NCBI GenBank assembly: GCA_033442325.1 | Contig: JAWQFM010000029.1 | Span: 455,942-512,553 of the forward strand | DNA from: Salpingoeca rosetta | Taxonomy: Eukaryota; Protista; Choanoflagellata | Length of the DNA: 56,612 bases | Direction of reading: 5' to 3' | Shown here: piece after piece, positions 14,277-29,100 of the stretch | How positions within the stretch are numbered: position 1 is the first letter of the stretch | Layout of the letters: each line of letters starts with the position of its first letter | Position numbers and translations under genes: made by a program | The notes under the pieces: model-generated | Told to the model about the DNA's origin: nothing | The model's input: only the letters and a program-made list of their open reading frames with translations | Database searches by the model: none

Positions 14277-15052
14277 CGGCAAGTAAAGGCGCACATGGGG
14301 GAACAAGGATAAGGCACGAGAAGATGAGGAGGTGATGGGGGCGTTAAGACGGCGCTGCTGGGAAAGGCGATATTGTTGGCACGGTATTGGGGCGCAGCTG
14401 ATCGCACACGCGGGGGCATGCGTGCATGCTACAAAAGTTGACAGCTTGCAAGAGCAACACAGGGATGCCCATCACCGCTTCCACAGCCGCTCAAAGCAGG
14501 GTAGCATGTACGACAACCACAGCCGACAGCACACGATACGAACGGCGCACGTCACCTCAGCACCATACCGACCTTGATTTTCTCCTCGCGCTTCTTCTTC
14601 TCGGCTGCCTGCTTTTCGGCCATCTGCTTTGCGTGCTTCTTCTGCTGTGCGGCGAGCTGGGCAGCTTGGCGCTCGCGCTCCTGTTGTGCAGCGAGGGCAG
14701 CGCGTCGCTGCTTCTCCTCGAATGCCTTTTCTTGCTGGCGGAGCAGGCGCTCGCGCTCTTCACGGCGGCGCTGGCGCTCTTCCTCGCTCAGCTTGGGCTT
14801 CTTGCTGGTGCTGGAAGAGGAAGAGGGCGACGACTTGGTCTTCTGCTGCTGCTGCTGTTGCTGTTGCTGTGCGCGCGCCTGGGCTTCCTGCTGGAGAAGG
14901 GCGGCGCGGCGGGCCTTCTTCTTGTTGTTGGCGCCCTTGCGCTTGCCCTTGCCGGCATTGGCGTCATCATCCGCTTGCAGGTTGCGCGCGTACTTGACGA
15001 GCATGACAGTCGCCGCGACCATCAGCACGCCCACGATGAGCAAGAGCTCCAT
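9544..15052 (-). CDS. Protein tyrosine phosphatase (classical PTP domain) with an N-terminal signal anchor and a long charged helical spacer; multi-exon
   Basis: The N-terminus is [24 protein letters not shown] motifs fall in successive minus-strand exons: [81 protein letters not shown]. The stop TAA is at 9546-9544. Confidence 0.93.
12340..13200 (-). repeat. Coding tandem repeat with a 39/42-bp unit ([13 protein letters not shown] / [14 protein letters not shown]), about 20 copies
   Basis: The repeat is directly visible in ORF 12048..13841 (-). Confidence 0.93.
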
Positions 15053-17247
15053 GCTTGCGATTCAAGGTGATCGGGAGGGATGGACGAGAAGAGATGGAGA
15101 GAGAAAGCCGTTGACTGTTGTTGCGAATCTGCGGTTGGGAGCTGCGCGAGAGAAGAGGGGGCGGGAGGAGGGGGGGGGGGGATGGATGTGCGTGAGGTGA
15201 GGTAATGGCGCGGACATTGTGGCGCGAGCATCATTGACAAGGGGATACACAGAGAGAGAGAGACAGAGACACACACACACACAGAGACAGACACACAGAG
15301 ACAGAGAGACAAAGAGAGAAACATACACACACTCACATACACACACACACACACACACACAGACACACACACACACACACTCACACTCACTTCTGGTGGT
15401 GGCCACGTCAGTCGGTCAGTGCGTCGTCAGTGGTCGAGCGTCGAGTGGGTGGGTGTGGGAAAGGGAAAAAGGCAAAGCTCAAGGGCAAAACCGTCACGTC
15501 AGTCGTCCGGGAAGGGCGAAACAATAAAACGAGTTAATTTTTTTTATTGTGTGTCTGTGACACGAAATGTGCACAAAACAGGTGGATTGTATCGGTGGGG
15601 AGCTGATTTTGGGCGTGGAGCAATTTCAAGCAGTGCTATGTACAACGGGCCCAAGCATGTCCGCTGCGGCGAGGTCCTTCCAACCAAATCCAAACAAGCA
15701 GCAAAAAAGAGGAGGGTGTGTGAGGTGAGCTTGCGCTGTCTGTGGCCTGACACGATTGCTCAAAGCAAGAAGGCAGCGGCCTTTGTGCATCACGAATCAA
15801 CGCCTCAACGCGTGAAGCGCTGAAGCGTGTGACGGGGAAAAGGACGAGGAGCTGAGGCAGTGAAGTGAGGGGACAAAACCTGGCTTCTTGCAGGCGCAAG
15901 CGACAGAGAGAGAGAGAGAGAGGACGATGTTCAAGAGAAGAGAGGGAAGAAGATCGCACAGAACATGTGCAGCCAGTGCAAACCGTGCTCACGTTGACGC
16001 AGAGATCACGCAGCAGGACGATAGTTGCCGTGTAGCTGCTGTGGGCTGGGACGTCAGAAGGTGTTTTGTTGTGGTATGGGCGCAGCAGCAGCAGCAGCAG
16101 CAGCAGCAGCGTCGCGTACAGGTGCTCTCAACTTCAGAACTTCCCTGCTTCCTGTGCGTCGTCAATGCATCCATCGCTCCTCCATCGGGTTGTCGCAGTA
16201 TTGCTCTCTGTCAGGCCTTCCTTTCTTCTCTCTCTTTTCACCCTGTTGGCTCTGTCGCTTGATGTGAGTTCTTGACAAGCAACAAGAGTGTTAGAGTGTT
16301 GCCGTGCAAGCAGCAAGAACAGCAGGGTGCAGCAGTGCCTGATGTGTCATCACTGTGGAAAATTGGGTGTATTTTGCAATATGTTTCTGTCTACAAAGAA
16401 CAAAAGAACACGCCATCAACACCCAGCCAGCCAAGAAAAACCGACAACAGACAACACAAACAAGAGGAGGAGAGTGTGGACACTCATTTGAGAAGAAGAA
16501 CAAGACTGAACCCAAGCAAGCAAGCAAGCGAGGCACGCATCGCAGGCTGTCTTCTCGACACTCTCGGTTTGACGGAAAGCTCATCGCGAAGCACACAGTC
16601 CCGCCACCGGCCCACCCATCGCTGCGCTTGCTCAGCAGCGACACAGAGCCATCGGAACGTGCGTGAGTGATTCCCAAGACACACAGTGTCGCCACCCAAA
16701 CCAAAACAAGACGACACAAAGGTGATTGTGACTGTGACTCAGGGACAAAGCTGCAGTTGTTTCTGTTGATGCCCACCGACCAACCTGCTTGCTTCTTCCT
16801 GTGTCGTGCGTTCTCAGCCACGCGCATGTGTTAACGGCGTTGTGCGTGCAACCCACACACATCCTCTAACGCGAATTGCAGTTAACAACCTTGCGTGCAT
16901 CCACTTCTGCCGACCTCAGTCACACGCACCAACAGACACAACTACCTTGCCTGTCGACACCGCCAACCACACACACGCACACACGCACACGCACACACAC
17001 ACACACGCACACACACTTTGTGACGTGTCTTCATGTTCCACGTCGCCGATGCTCACCCGTGGTTTCGTTCACATCCATGCTGCTCGTTGACAGGACAAGC
17101 AAAGGGCGTGCAGCTGTGTGCTCTGTCCGTAAACAGCAAGCCAAAGTTTTACGTTAGCGCCTGAAGAGGCGGCGGGCTGGTCCTGCTCCACATACGTGTT
17201 GCCCTGGCCGCGTTTCTGAATCGACACGCCTTGCGGCCACCGCAACC

Positions 17248-17603
17248 ATGACAGATTCCACGGTTGGTGCTGTGCATGGCGATCCAGTGAAAGTTCATGT
17301 GTGTTAGCTGTGTCGTCTTGAAGCTGTCACTGCCAACCCCAACACGGGACGCTGACACACACACACCCTTACATACATCTGTTCGCTCACGCATGACCGT
17401 GTCTGTAATTGTCTTGTGCGCACGCACCTGTATCATGTATCCGAGCAGCAGGAAGAGAAGGTGCAGGAGTTGGCGATGATGGGGTTTGACGCCGGGCTCG
17501 CCCGCGCGGCGCTGGTGAAAGCGCACAACCGAATGGAGGCCGCAGTTGGCTTTCTCGTGGACGGCAGCTCCTTAACACCCATCCACGAGCCTCTCCCAGA
17601 CAC

Positions 17604-17685
<82 letters not shown>

Positions 17686-20349
17686 GGGGGGGGAGGGTAC
17701 TGACGCATGGTGCTGGGTGTTGTTGAACAATGTCGTTGGGGATGCCTGTACAACAGCACGCATGCCTCACATGCAGTACACTTCACATGCATGTGTGCCA
17801 TTTCTTCGCTCTTCAGGGCGGTCACACGTCGCCACCAATGACAGTGTCTCGCTCCAGCTCGCCCGAAACTGCTCACAAGGTGCGCGCACGATCAGGTGTT
17901 GCCACTGGTGGAGGCCATCTTTGAGGAAGGTTTGCTTCTGCGCACAGAACTGAAGGAGGAAACACGTCTCGACTGTTGTTGGCTTGCTGCCGCTGTGACA
18001 CAAAACAACGGTGGGTGAGTGAACGGAGCAATGTGTGCATGTCTGGAAGGCGGTTGTCTTTGTGATACGAGGTCTCATTATCCGGAGTACCCCACCCTCC
18101 TTCTCTTTGAGGCCTTTTGCGTTGCTTGAACGGCGGCGAAGCTACACCTGGTGTATTGCAGTCAATAACGTCGCTCGGCTGCTGCCCACACAACTTACAC
18201 ATTTGTACTCCTTCTGTGCTCCATTGTCCTGTGCAGTCAACGTGCAGACTCAGTTAAGCAAACACATTGTGGAGCAGACGCTCGCCTTCCTCGAGCTCTT
18301 GTGCGTTTTCACATCAACGCAGGAACTTGTTTGGGTCAACTGGCGAGCGTGTGCCGGTGCTTGTGTGTGTGTGTGTGTGTGCGCGTGTGTACGTGTGTGT
18401 GTGCTTGTGCATGTGTGTATGTGTATGTGTGTGTGTGTGTGCAGTCACATCCCCTTGGGCTGCATATTCATGTCACCGTATTTCATATCATGCAAGAGTC
18501 TTTGGGGCCAGGCGTACGCCGCCCAGCAACCCTAGCGCAGCGCATGCTTGTTCTTGTTTTCATCTGCTCGCCTGCTTTCACACGGCCCAACGGCCCGTGC
18601 ATGCATGCCACTGGCAGGTTGAAGCGGCACTCAAACCTGGCAGCGAGCGCGACAGCTGCGCCGTTGCAGTTCCTCGCCGGTCTGTCATTACACAAGCGTA
18701 AGTGCCCTCCGGCCGTTGAGCACAGAGTACACACTTCGAGAGCACACACACCACGTGTACAGAGCACGAGTGTGCGTAGTCTCACATGCAGCACCTATCT
18801 TCTTGTGTGTGGGGAACTGCAGACGATGTGGCAGTGGCACTGGGGAAGCAACGCTTGTTTGTGCAGCTGATGGACATTGTGGCCTCAAGCTCAGATGCAG
18901 CACAGTTGATTGTGAGTCCCTGCTATGTCGCAGCATATACCAGCATGATTGAGTGTGCGACAACGTTCTTGACGAACAAGCAGCCACCTTGCTGGCTGAT
19001 GTTGTTGTGCACACCAGAAACTCATGCTTGCATGGATCGCTGCTGTGTTGTACACAAACGTGTGTGTATGTGTGTGTGTGTGCCACAACACAGGAAGCGG
19101 CACTGCAAGCATGGTCACCCAAGACGGAGGCAGAGTGCAAGATTGTGATGCAGGCAGTTCGGTCGGCAAGCGGCAGTGACAACGCTGTGCCAGGAGGTGT
19201 GGCCGACGGGCATCAGAGCTGGGTCGTCATCGTGAGGGCCAAGAGCAAAGAAGTCCGCGAGGCCGCAACTCGCGCTCAGCGGCACCCTTTGCCCATGTTC
19301 TTCCCCACGAGCCGAACCTTTCGCCAGCACCCTCCTCAGCGCGTCCTGGCACCGGCAGCTTCCAGAACAATGCACGCCGCCCAGTCCCCTTTTCACATCA
19401 ACCCTCAACGTCAACAGCAGCAAGAACGCTCGCACCCACTGCACCGGCCGCACAGCCGGGTTGGTCAACACGCACAGCTACATCGGCTGCTCTGGCTCTC
19501 TCCACACAGCCGCCAGCCAGAACCGCAGCTTCGGCAACAACATCACGCGCGCCATCAGCCCTGTGCATCGCCCCGCCTTCGTCCTCGCCTTCCACTGCAC
19601 GATTCGTCCGAAACTGAGGAGGAGGCGGCAGAGGAGGAAGACGATAGCGACAGCAGCCACGGAAGCAGCAATGCACGTGCGAAGCACGTGCGACAGGTGC
19701 AGCCCGCAACCGCCGCGGTCACTCGGGGGAGCAGCGTCTTAACGACCACCGTCAAACCTGCATTGATCAGCGCAAATATCACCAACGTCAACACAAGCGT
19801 CGCCACTGCAGCCCAGCATCCTGGCTCGCCGGCACCAGCGCCACCGCAGGAACACGTGCGCAGCCCCAGCAGTACCAGCGGCGGCACCAACAGCAGTGAT
19901 GTTTGCGGCGGGGCCAGCGGAGACGAGTCAGCGGCGCCAGCAACGCCGCCGACAACACCGTCACCAGCAGCGCCACAATGTGTATCTTCACCGCAGGCGC
20001 CATGTCCAGGTGTTGTCGCTCATGCTGCTGACGCGCCACAATCACCAACGCTGCCGCTGCTATCGTCGTCTCCACCAGCCCACCACAGCGGACGAAGGGT
20101 GCCCTCGCAGTACAGCGTCATCAAAATGCCGATGCAGGTTCCACGGCTATTCCTCAGCACGCAGCAGCGCCACAAAAGCATGTACAGAAGCAACACTGGC
20201 TCGCGTGGCCTCGGTGGCACGACGGGACGCCGGCGTCAACACCAGCAGCAGCAACGAGAGGACCGAGGTCGTGGACGCCGTCAGCTACGCCGCCGACGCG
20301 TTGCGTTCACGCCACAAGAGGATGAGTATATCCGCCTTGGCGTCAAGCG
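17248..20349 (+). CDS. UBA-domain protein with a helical middle region, a low-complexity linker and the start of a TRF/telobox-like Myb domain; 3' end missing
   Basis: Phase-consistent exon chain: 17248-17262 (MTDST), 17449-17604 (VQELAMMGFDAGLARAALVKAHNRMEAAVGFL, a UBA signature), ~17896-18010, ~18162-18300, ~18444-18513, ~18618-18697, ~18822-18911, ~19094-20349. The last exon ends RRRVAFTPQEDEYIRLGVKR, which matches Myb helix 1. Confidence 0.72.
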
Positions 20350-20469
20350 GTGTGTGTTGACGAGTTGCCTGGCATGTTGATGTGTTGGCACGTGCAGCGC
20401 GTACTCTATGTGTGCTGTCGTGCTGTGTACACGGTTGTGCAGACGTGCACGCTGGGGTGTTCAGCTATT

Positions 20470-21128
<659 letters not shown>

Positions 21129-21223
21129 ACCCCACCCCAACCCCCCTTCCACGGCCTGTCATTTGCCGCTGCCACACCGAATTCACCCCTTCCATCGCCA
21201 TTGCCACCCTTGTTTTTGAGCAG

Positions 21224-24200
21224 GCTGGGCAGCGGTGGCTGAACACGAGCACCTTCAGCCACCTGTGGAAGTTTCTCATTGCCGAGCCGTCGTGCAGCGC
21301 TGACTTGCACATCTACGGCGCCTGGCTCAAGGAAAACGTCGAGACAGAGGTCAGACACAAGCGTACTTTTGTGTGTGTGTGTGTGTGTGTGTGTATGCGT
21401 GTATGTGCGTGTATGTGCGTGTGTGTGTGTGTGTGTGTAGCCTTGTTCTTTGGACTTGTGCACTTGTGTCTGTGCATTTGTGCCGCACTGCACAGGAGCG
21501 TGCATCAGACGCTTCCCACAACACACGCACCCCTCCTTCCTTCCTTCCATCCACAGGTGCAGCCACGTGCGCAGCAGAGCGTGTTCCTGAACCAGGCGCT
21601 GCAGTTGCCTGTCGAGCGCTTCACGCCAGACATCTTCGATGCGCTCGTCTCCCTCTTCCTCTGCACCAACGGCGAACACAACCGCATCTACGGATCGGTC
21701 AGCCCCATTGTCTTGTCTTATCTTGTCTTGTCTTGTGCTCTTGTGCTCTTGTGCTCTTGTGCGTGTTCATACTTGTGTTCGTATGCGCGGTCATACGATA
21801 TGTCGAATTGCCGCACTTGTTCTCATGTATCCTGTTTACATTGCTTTCTCCCAACTCAACCCATGAGTCCACTCATCTCGCATGTATGTGTGTGTCCGTG
21901 TGTGCAGAAGCTTGAGTCGATGCGCGTTGAGCAGAGCAACCTCCTCGGCCTCAGCCGCATCTGGACAATCGGTGAGATCACATCCAACCACATGCAACAC
22001 GCATGCTCGCTTGCGCATTCATTTCCCTTTCTTCATTTCCCTTTCCTTGAGTCCCCGTCTTGTCACACACACTCTCTCACGCACTTACTCACTCACACAC
22101 ACTCACATACACACGTTTCCCTCCCCCTCCCCGCGTTAATTAGCGCTTGAGACGCGCGATGCTGGTGTCGCAGAGAAGGCGCTGGGTGTTCTCGAGCGCG
22201 TGTACAACGACGCCATCTTCTCCAACATGCCGGACAGCGGGCCGCACCTGCTGTTTGTGATTGTGCGGCAGCGCATTGCGTCGCTCGCTCGCCGCCTGGA
22301 CGCCTTTACAGAGGGCACGCGCATCGAGGACATGGTGCCCGCGTTCGGTGCGTTGCGGCGATGTATTTGGGTGTGGGCTGTGTTCGGGCGGTGTGTGGGC
22401 TGTGAGGAAAGGAATGAGGCGAGGGAGGGAGGGCGGGGCAGGGAAAGGAATTTGATGCAGGTGTGGCTTTGCTGGTGCTGTCGACGGTGTCCACGCACTG
22501 TCTTGCTTTGCCATGACGCGTGCGCTGCCCTAATACGCATTCGCTTGTTCCTGCTCACACTGCTTCGCTCGTTTGACGGCCTTCACTGCAGCTGCGCCTG
22601 CTGAGGAAGACGCCCGCCACTCGTCGTCCCCAGCGGCGCTGCAACGCGACCAGCACAGCCTTGAACAGCACGCCGCTGCTGATACAAGTGGTGTTGATAT
22701 CGATGGCGCCCGCTCTGGAAACACCGTCAGCTCTGCCACGACGGCAAACAACGGCAACAACGGCGATGGCGGAGGCAACGAGCCGCGACTGGCGCGCGTG
22801 TCTGTGACGGTCGAGGACCTGGACGTTGGCCACGTTGCTGTCGTTGTTGAAGCGCCACAACAACAACAACAGCAACCACAGCATCACCAGCAGCAGCAAC
22901 AGCGGCGAGAGCGTGCGGCGACCAGTGACAAGATGACGGCTGACTGTGCACGCGGGCAGGCGAGCGTGGCGATGGATGATGGTGCGGACGCCGACGATGA
23001 GGACGAAGACGACGACGAGCTCGTCGTGGAGACTTCGGGGGTGTCGAGTGCAGCAAACACGGGGGCGGCAACAACAACAGCAACTGCAGCAACACCCTCC
23101 AGTGCAGCTGCAAGCAGTCATGGTGGTGGTGACAGCGGTGCGTGGTACACCCGTCCGCACCCCAAGAAACACGCCAAGTCTTCGCACACCTTGCATGACG
23201 ACGATGATGATGACGATAATGATGATGATGGGCACGTGATTGATGACGACGACGAATATGTTGGTGGTGACGGTGATGTGGACCTTGAGGCCGGCCTGTC
23301 TCGTCGCCAGCATCAGCGCAAGCGTCGTGGGGGCATTTCGCCCGTGGATGCACACGGTGACCTGGCAGGACTGTCGCGAGGCACGTTTGCGCCTATCCGG
23401 CAACCGGCGCCCACGCATGTCGTTGATGACGATGAGGTGGAGCCGTTTCTGCAAGACTGGCCCACGGAGCACGACGACGATAGCGGCAACGGCAACGGAG
23501 GAGGTGCTGGTGATCATGGCCACCATCGCAATCGCATGGATAGCGCCTCAAGCGCGGATGGCGGTGCGACCACTGCAGGTGCGGCCGGCACGACGATGGC
23601 CACCAACACCGGCACAATTGGCGCTGCCTCCGCGTCTGCCTCCACGGCAGCAACTGCGACGGGTGTGTCCGGCAACAAGCGGAACAGCGCTGCTGCTGCT
23701 GCGGCTGCGTCGACAGCCGATGATTTGGCGGAGCAGATTTCTGAGGAAGTGTCTGTTGCGGACATGTCATTGCCAATGGTTTTGCAGCAGCTGGAGCGCC
23801 TCACGTTCCTCTTCAGGAAGTTCCTCCAAGTGTGTGCATAGTTTTGTTTGTTTGTTTGTTTGTTTGTTTGTGTGCATAGTATGTTTGTTTGTTTGTTTGT
23901 TTGTTTGTTTGTTTGTTTGTTTGTTTGTTTGTTTGTTTGTTTGTTTGTTTGTTTGTTTGTTTGTTTGTTTGTTTGTGTCTTGCGTGTGTGTGTGTGTGCT
24001 TGCTTGCTTGCTTGCTTGCTTGCTCGTACGTGGTTATCAGTCCGCTCCCCCCCCCCCCCACAACCTGATCGTGCACGTGGTCACGAGTCATCTCATGCGA
24101 TGCCCCTGCTCCGTATCCACGATGACAGAATGATGATCATTCGCAGATTCGCAGCATCCGTCTCGTCCGCCCGCACCGCGTGGCTGCGCGTGGCGACGAG

Positions 24201-26004
24201 GTGAGACCAGCACATGTGGCATCTTGCGTGACATCTTGCGTGTTGCCTGTGGTGGCAGGGATGGCGGCAGGGATTGTGGCACCTTGTCGCCGTGCTGTGT
24301 CGCGTGCCTTCCGCTTATGTTGGCCATGGTGGTCGTCACCGTCTCACCGTTTGTACCGTTGCAATCCTCGCTGCCTCAGATTGTGTTCCACATCAAGCAC
24401 GGCGGCACCACCGCTTCTCTGCGCACACACACCACCGCGCCAGTCTGCATCCTCCGCAGACAGGTGCGGCTGTGTGTATACATACGTGTTTGTGTATTTG
24501 TATTTGTATTTGTACTTGTATGAGTGTGTGTGTGCATGAGTGTGTATGTGTGTATATGTGCTGCTCGCCATCCTGTCGTCTGGCGTTGCCCCGTGCCATT
24601 GCCAAGAACGCTGCTGCACAATCTCACATTCTCGACCTCACTCGCACCAACCGCGACCTTATTCACCCTGACCCTACCGACCATAGGTGAGTCATTGGCT
24701 CAACTGGCCGTACACGTCTGTCCGCCTCACCATCAACGACAGAATCGTCAACCTCGCAAAGGTGCGGATCGGTGCTCTGAATGTGCATGTGTGTGCATGT
24801 GTGTGTGCGTTTGTTTTTGTTGTTGTTCTTGTGTTTGTGTGTGTGTGTGTTTTTTTTGTATGTTCCTTGTTCTGTCACAGGGGTTTCGCTTGCTTCCATG
24901 CAGCTGTGTTTCCACATGCAAACACACATGCGCACGCACTCATTCATGCGCACACGCACACACACGCTCCACATTCTTGGCCTGCAGGACTCGAAGTTGT
25001 GGTGCGACATTGGCGTGACGGGCGGATCGCGGCAGGTCCGCGTGACAAAGGTGAGGTGGTGTGCAGGCTGAACGAGTGCACGAACAAACAACACAACTCA
25101 AGCTGATACAAGCACGACAGCACACAATTAGCATTCATTGCATTCCCTTTGCTTGCACACATGGTCGCCTTGCTCTTGCACACACTTTTCGCCCGCACAC
25201 TCTCTCACTCTCTCGCGTGTGTGCCCTGTCCTCCTTTTTTTTCCCATTCCCGCCCGACCTCCAACCCGTTAGATCAACCCCAATTCGCAGTCGAACGTTT
25301 CGCAGCTGCCGGGCAACGACTGCCAGGGGTTCACGCGCCCGCTGTCCAACAACGTCTCCATTGAGGATGAGCTGAAGCTCGTCAGCGTGTACGCCTCCCG
25401 TGACCGCGACTTTATGGACGTCCTCATGTACCTCCTCGTCGCCCTGCCAAAGGTGCGCGGCACGTGCGTGTGTGTATGTGTGTAAGTGTGTCTGTGTGTG
25501 CGTGCGTGTGTGTGTGTCTGTGTGTCTGTACATGTGTGTGTTTGTACGTGTGTGTGCGTCTGTGTGTCTGTATATGTGTGTGTTTGTATGTGTATGTGTG
25601 TGTTTTGATGTCTACCTGTTTCTTTGTCAGTGTGCTCGTGTGTGGCACGCATGCACTTGATCATCCCCAGCGAGACGCTGTCGTCAACCCCGCATCCTAA
25701 AACACTGTCACAAATGCTGCTTGTCCCCTCCTTTGGTTTTGTTCCTTCAACAGCACGCGCAGTGGGTCGTGCAGGGTGATTTTGACGAGGCCGTGTACTC
25801 TGCAGCGACGAAGGCACAGGAGACGCTCGATGGCCTGCTGCAAGTGCTTCCGACCAACGCTTTCTTCTTGCAGAGCCTTGCACAGGTGCGACACACAACA
25901 ACAACAACAACGAACATTATGCTCACGCTGCTCACGATTCCAGCGTCCGACCCACAGTTCAACCCCACATTTGCTTCCTACTTGCCTCGCGTGGCCACTT
26001 ACCC

Positions 26005-26103
<99 letters not shown>

Positions 26104-26106
26104 GCA

Positions 26107-26138
<32 letters not shown>

Positions 26139-29100
26139 CACGCACACACACGCACACACACGCACACACGCACACATGCACACTCGCGCGCGCACACACA
26201 CAACCCTCCCCCCCCCCCCTTTTCCCAACCTCGTAGGCGGTCGCTGATGACTGCGAGGACGACAGCAACAGCAAGCTGCCGATGCTGTTCCTGCACGCCC
26301 ACCGTGACCAGCACCTGCTTGCCTACCGCGTTGCTGCGCTGCGGGCCGCCATCACCCCGGGCATTGTCGGCACAGAGGGCGCCATGCTCTCCACGCAGGC
26401 CCTGCGCAACCGCTTCCTGGAGGTGGGCGGGTTTGACGTGATTTGCCACCTGCTCGCCCTGGCCTGGCAGCCGGCGCCGCTGTCGCCGCCGGCAGAGCAG
26501 CTGTGCACGGAGCTGTTGCTGCTCATCCTGCACACACTCGCCTGCGCGTTTGACTGCACGCTGCCCGAGCTTGAAGACCTGCTTCGGGAGAAGACGATGC
26601 TGGTGGAGGACTCGCTCGACGAGGCCGTCTTCACCAACGGGTACACGCGGTCGCCAACGGAGCGCGCGTACAACGCCGTCAAGCACTCCAACGAGCTGCA
26701 GCTGCTGGTGCAGCAGTGCGGCCAGTTTGTATCGCGCATGCACTTCTCGGCAGAGAGTGCTGGCAGCTTGGTGCCCTTGGCATACCGCACCGTTGCGCTC
26801 GTGCTGTGCGTGCGGCCGTCGCTGCTCTACTCCTTGGGCACGCCTCGCGACGTGGACAGGTTCTTCGTGCAGGGGACCCTCTATGACCCATCGCCGCTGT
26901 GCCGCCTGGCTGCCGCCCGCACCGTGTGCCAAATTGCGCAGGTGACTGTCGAGTACACGACGCTGGCTGTCCTTCGCGTGCAAACGCAGGAGATGCAGGA
27001 CGACGAAGAGGAGCAGGAGCAGGAGCAGGCCAACAAGGCAGCAGCCGACACTCCCAACCAGCAGCGTCTGCAGCAGCGGCAGCAGCAGCGGCGTCGCAAG
27101 CGCGCGTCATTGGCGCACGTGCCGACCAGCACTGTCCGGGACCACAACATCCGCCCGGACGCCGGCACGTCGCTGCTGGTCATCTTCGTGCGCATGTTCC
27201 TGGACCGCTCCCTGCCGCTGTGGAGCCCAGAGTGCGTAAAGTTGCCAAAGCCGCCGCAGCGCGTGTTCTTCCTGGACCAGGTGTTTGATGTGCTGGCGTT
27301 TCTGCTCAACACGCTGGCGAGCGTGGACAGCATGCTCACGCTGCAGGACAAGGAGGTGCTCGCCTCCATGCCGGACGCCCCCGCGCTGACTACAATGGAG
27401 ATGGCGTTGTTTAGGAAGGTGGCGCTGGCACACTACGAAACTGAGATGCATCGCCCGTCACGCCGCGTCTCGCAGCGGTCGTCCTCATCGTCGTCGCTGT
27501 CGTCGTCATCTTCTTCGTCTTCGCCTTGCTCGCCAGAGAAGCACGACGCTGGCATGGCAAACAACACCAACACTGACAACACTGGCAACGATAGCGGTGG
27601 TGATGGTGACGGAAGGAACAACCCGTTCAGTGACGATGACACTGCCGAGGCGGCGAAGCAAGCACACCTGCTGGACGCCATGTCCACGGCTGTGCGTCAG
27701 GGGAGTGCAACGCTGAACCCCAATCCAAACACGAGCGATGGCACGCATGCCGCTGGCGGGACAAGTTCCACTGAACACGAGGAGGGTGACAACGGTGACG
27801 TGGACAGGGCAGGGGATACCGCAGCACGCCAGTTTGCCGAGGAGAAGCGGGCAAGCGTGTACTCGTGGCAGCAGCAGCAGGAAGAGGCGGCTGAGGAGGA
27901 CTTGAAGCGCAGCATGCGACACCGCCGCCGCCGCCATCGTCGTCGTCAGCAACGTCGTCGTGACAAGGGGGAGGCCGCGTGCACCATGATGAGCACCACC
28001 TCGACAGGGCGGCCGTCCCGCCACAGTGGTGGTCGTAGGCCACGGCGTCTCCGCCTCGCGTCGCACCGGTACTCGCACGCGGGTTTGTATGAGGAGAATG
28101 CAGCGAGCCAGCACGAGCAGCGCGCCATTCACGGCCACCTGAAGGTGATGCACGAGCTGATGGCATTTAGAAACGTGGATCTGCTGTCCTTCCTGCGCCC
28201 ACAGCAACAGCAGCAGCAGCAGCAGCTGAATGGGCAAGACCAGTACGTGCACCAGGACGATGACGATGCCTTTGCACCCCATCCACAAGAACTGCAGCAG
28301 TCACTGCAGCAGAAGGGAGAGAAGGAAGGCGTTCTGCCTGGCACATCGTCCACCGCTTCCAGTGCAGCCACGCCTGCAGGAAGGAGCAGCAGCAGCGGCG
28401 GCGATGCCGCTGTGTCGCGCGTTGCATCTGAGGAGGCGGTTGCTGGCGCCATCAACACGTTTGGGCACGGCCTCTCCCGCCAGGGATCTGCCGCGAGCGA
28501 CGGCGCTCTGCCATCGTCCGCACACACACCCAAGGCCAACGGCACAGCTCACATGGCAGCAGCACCGACACCAGCAGCGCGCGGCGCCGGCAGTGCACAA
28601 CAGCACAAGACAGCGCTCCTGTCACCGAGCACAGCTGCAGCAGCGACAGTAGGAGGCGCCGGAAGCAACGACAGCAGTAGCTGTGCTGGTGCAAGCGGTG
28701 CGAGCCAGGTGGCCCGCATGCACCTGGAGAGCATCAACACGGGCTCTTTCCTCGTCATTCTGCTTGAATTCTACCTGTTCCCTGCCGCGGTTGCGCAGGC
28801 CATGGCGGAGGTGACGGGCAGCAGCGAAGCGCTGCAGCAGCCGCTGTGCCAGCTTGACTTCACCCGCAACCTGTGCGCCTCGTTTGTGACGCGCCTGTGC
28901 TCGCGCAGTGGCGCGTGTCAGGAGGTGGTGGTGGAGTGGCTGGACCGCTTTGTGCTCTCTGGCGTGAAGATTGGCGCGACGGAGTGGAAGGTGGAGCCGA
29001 ACATTGAGCCGCGCACGTGCGGTGTTGGCCTGGCAAACGCATCGGCCACGTGCTACATGAACAGCACCTTCCAGTCGCTGTTCATGCAGCCGATTGTGCG

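Noticed and set aside
15060-17240. Possible small gene between the PTP and UBA genes (CAG run at ~16082)
   Set aside because: There is no consistent exon chain or recognisable domain.
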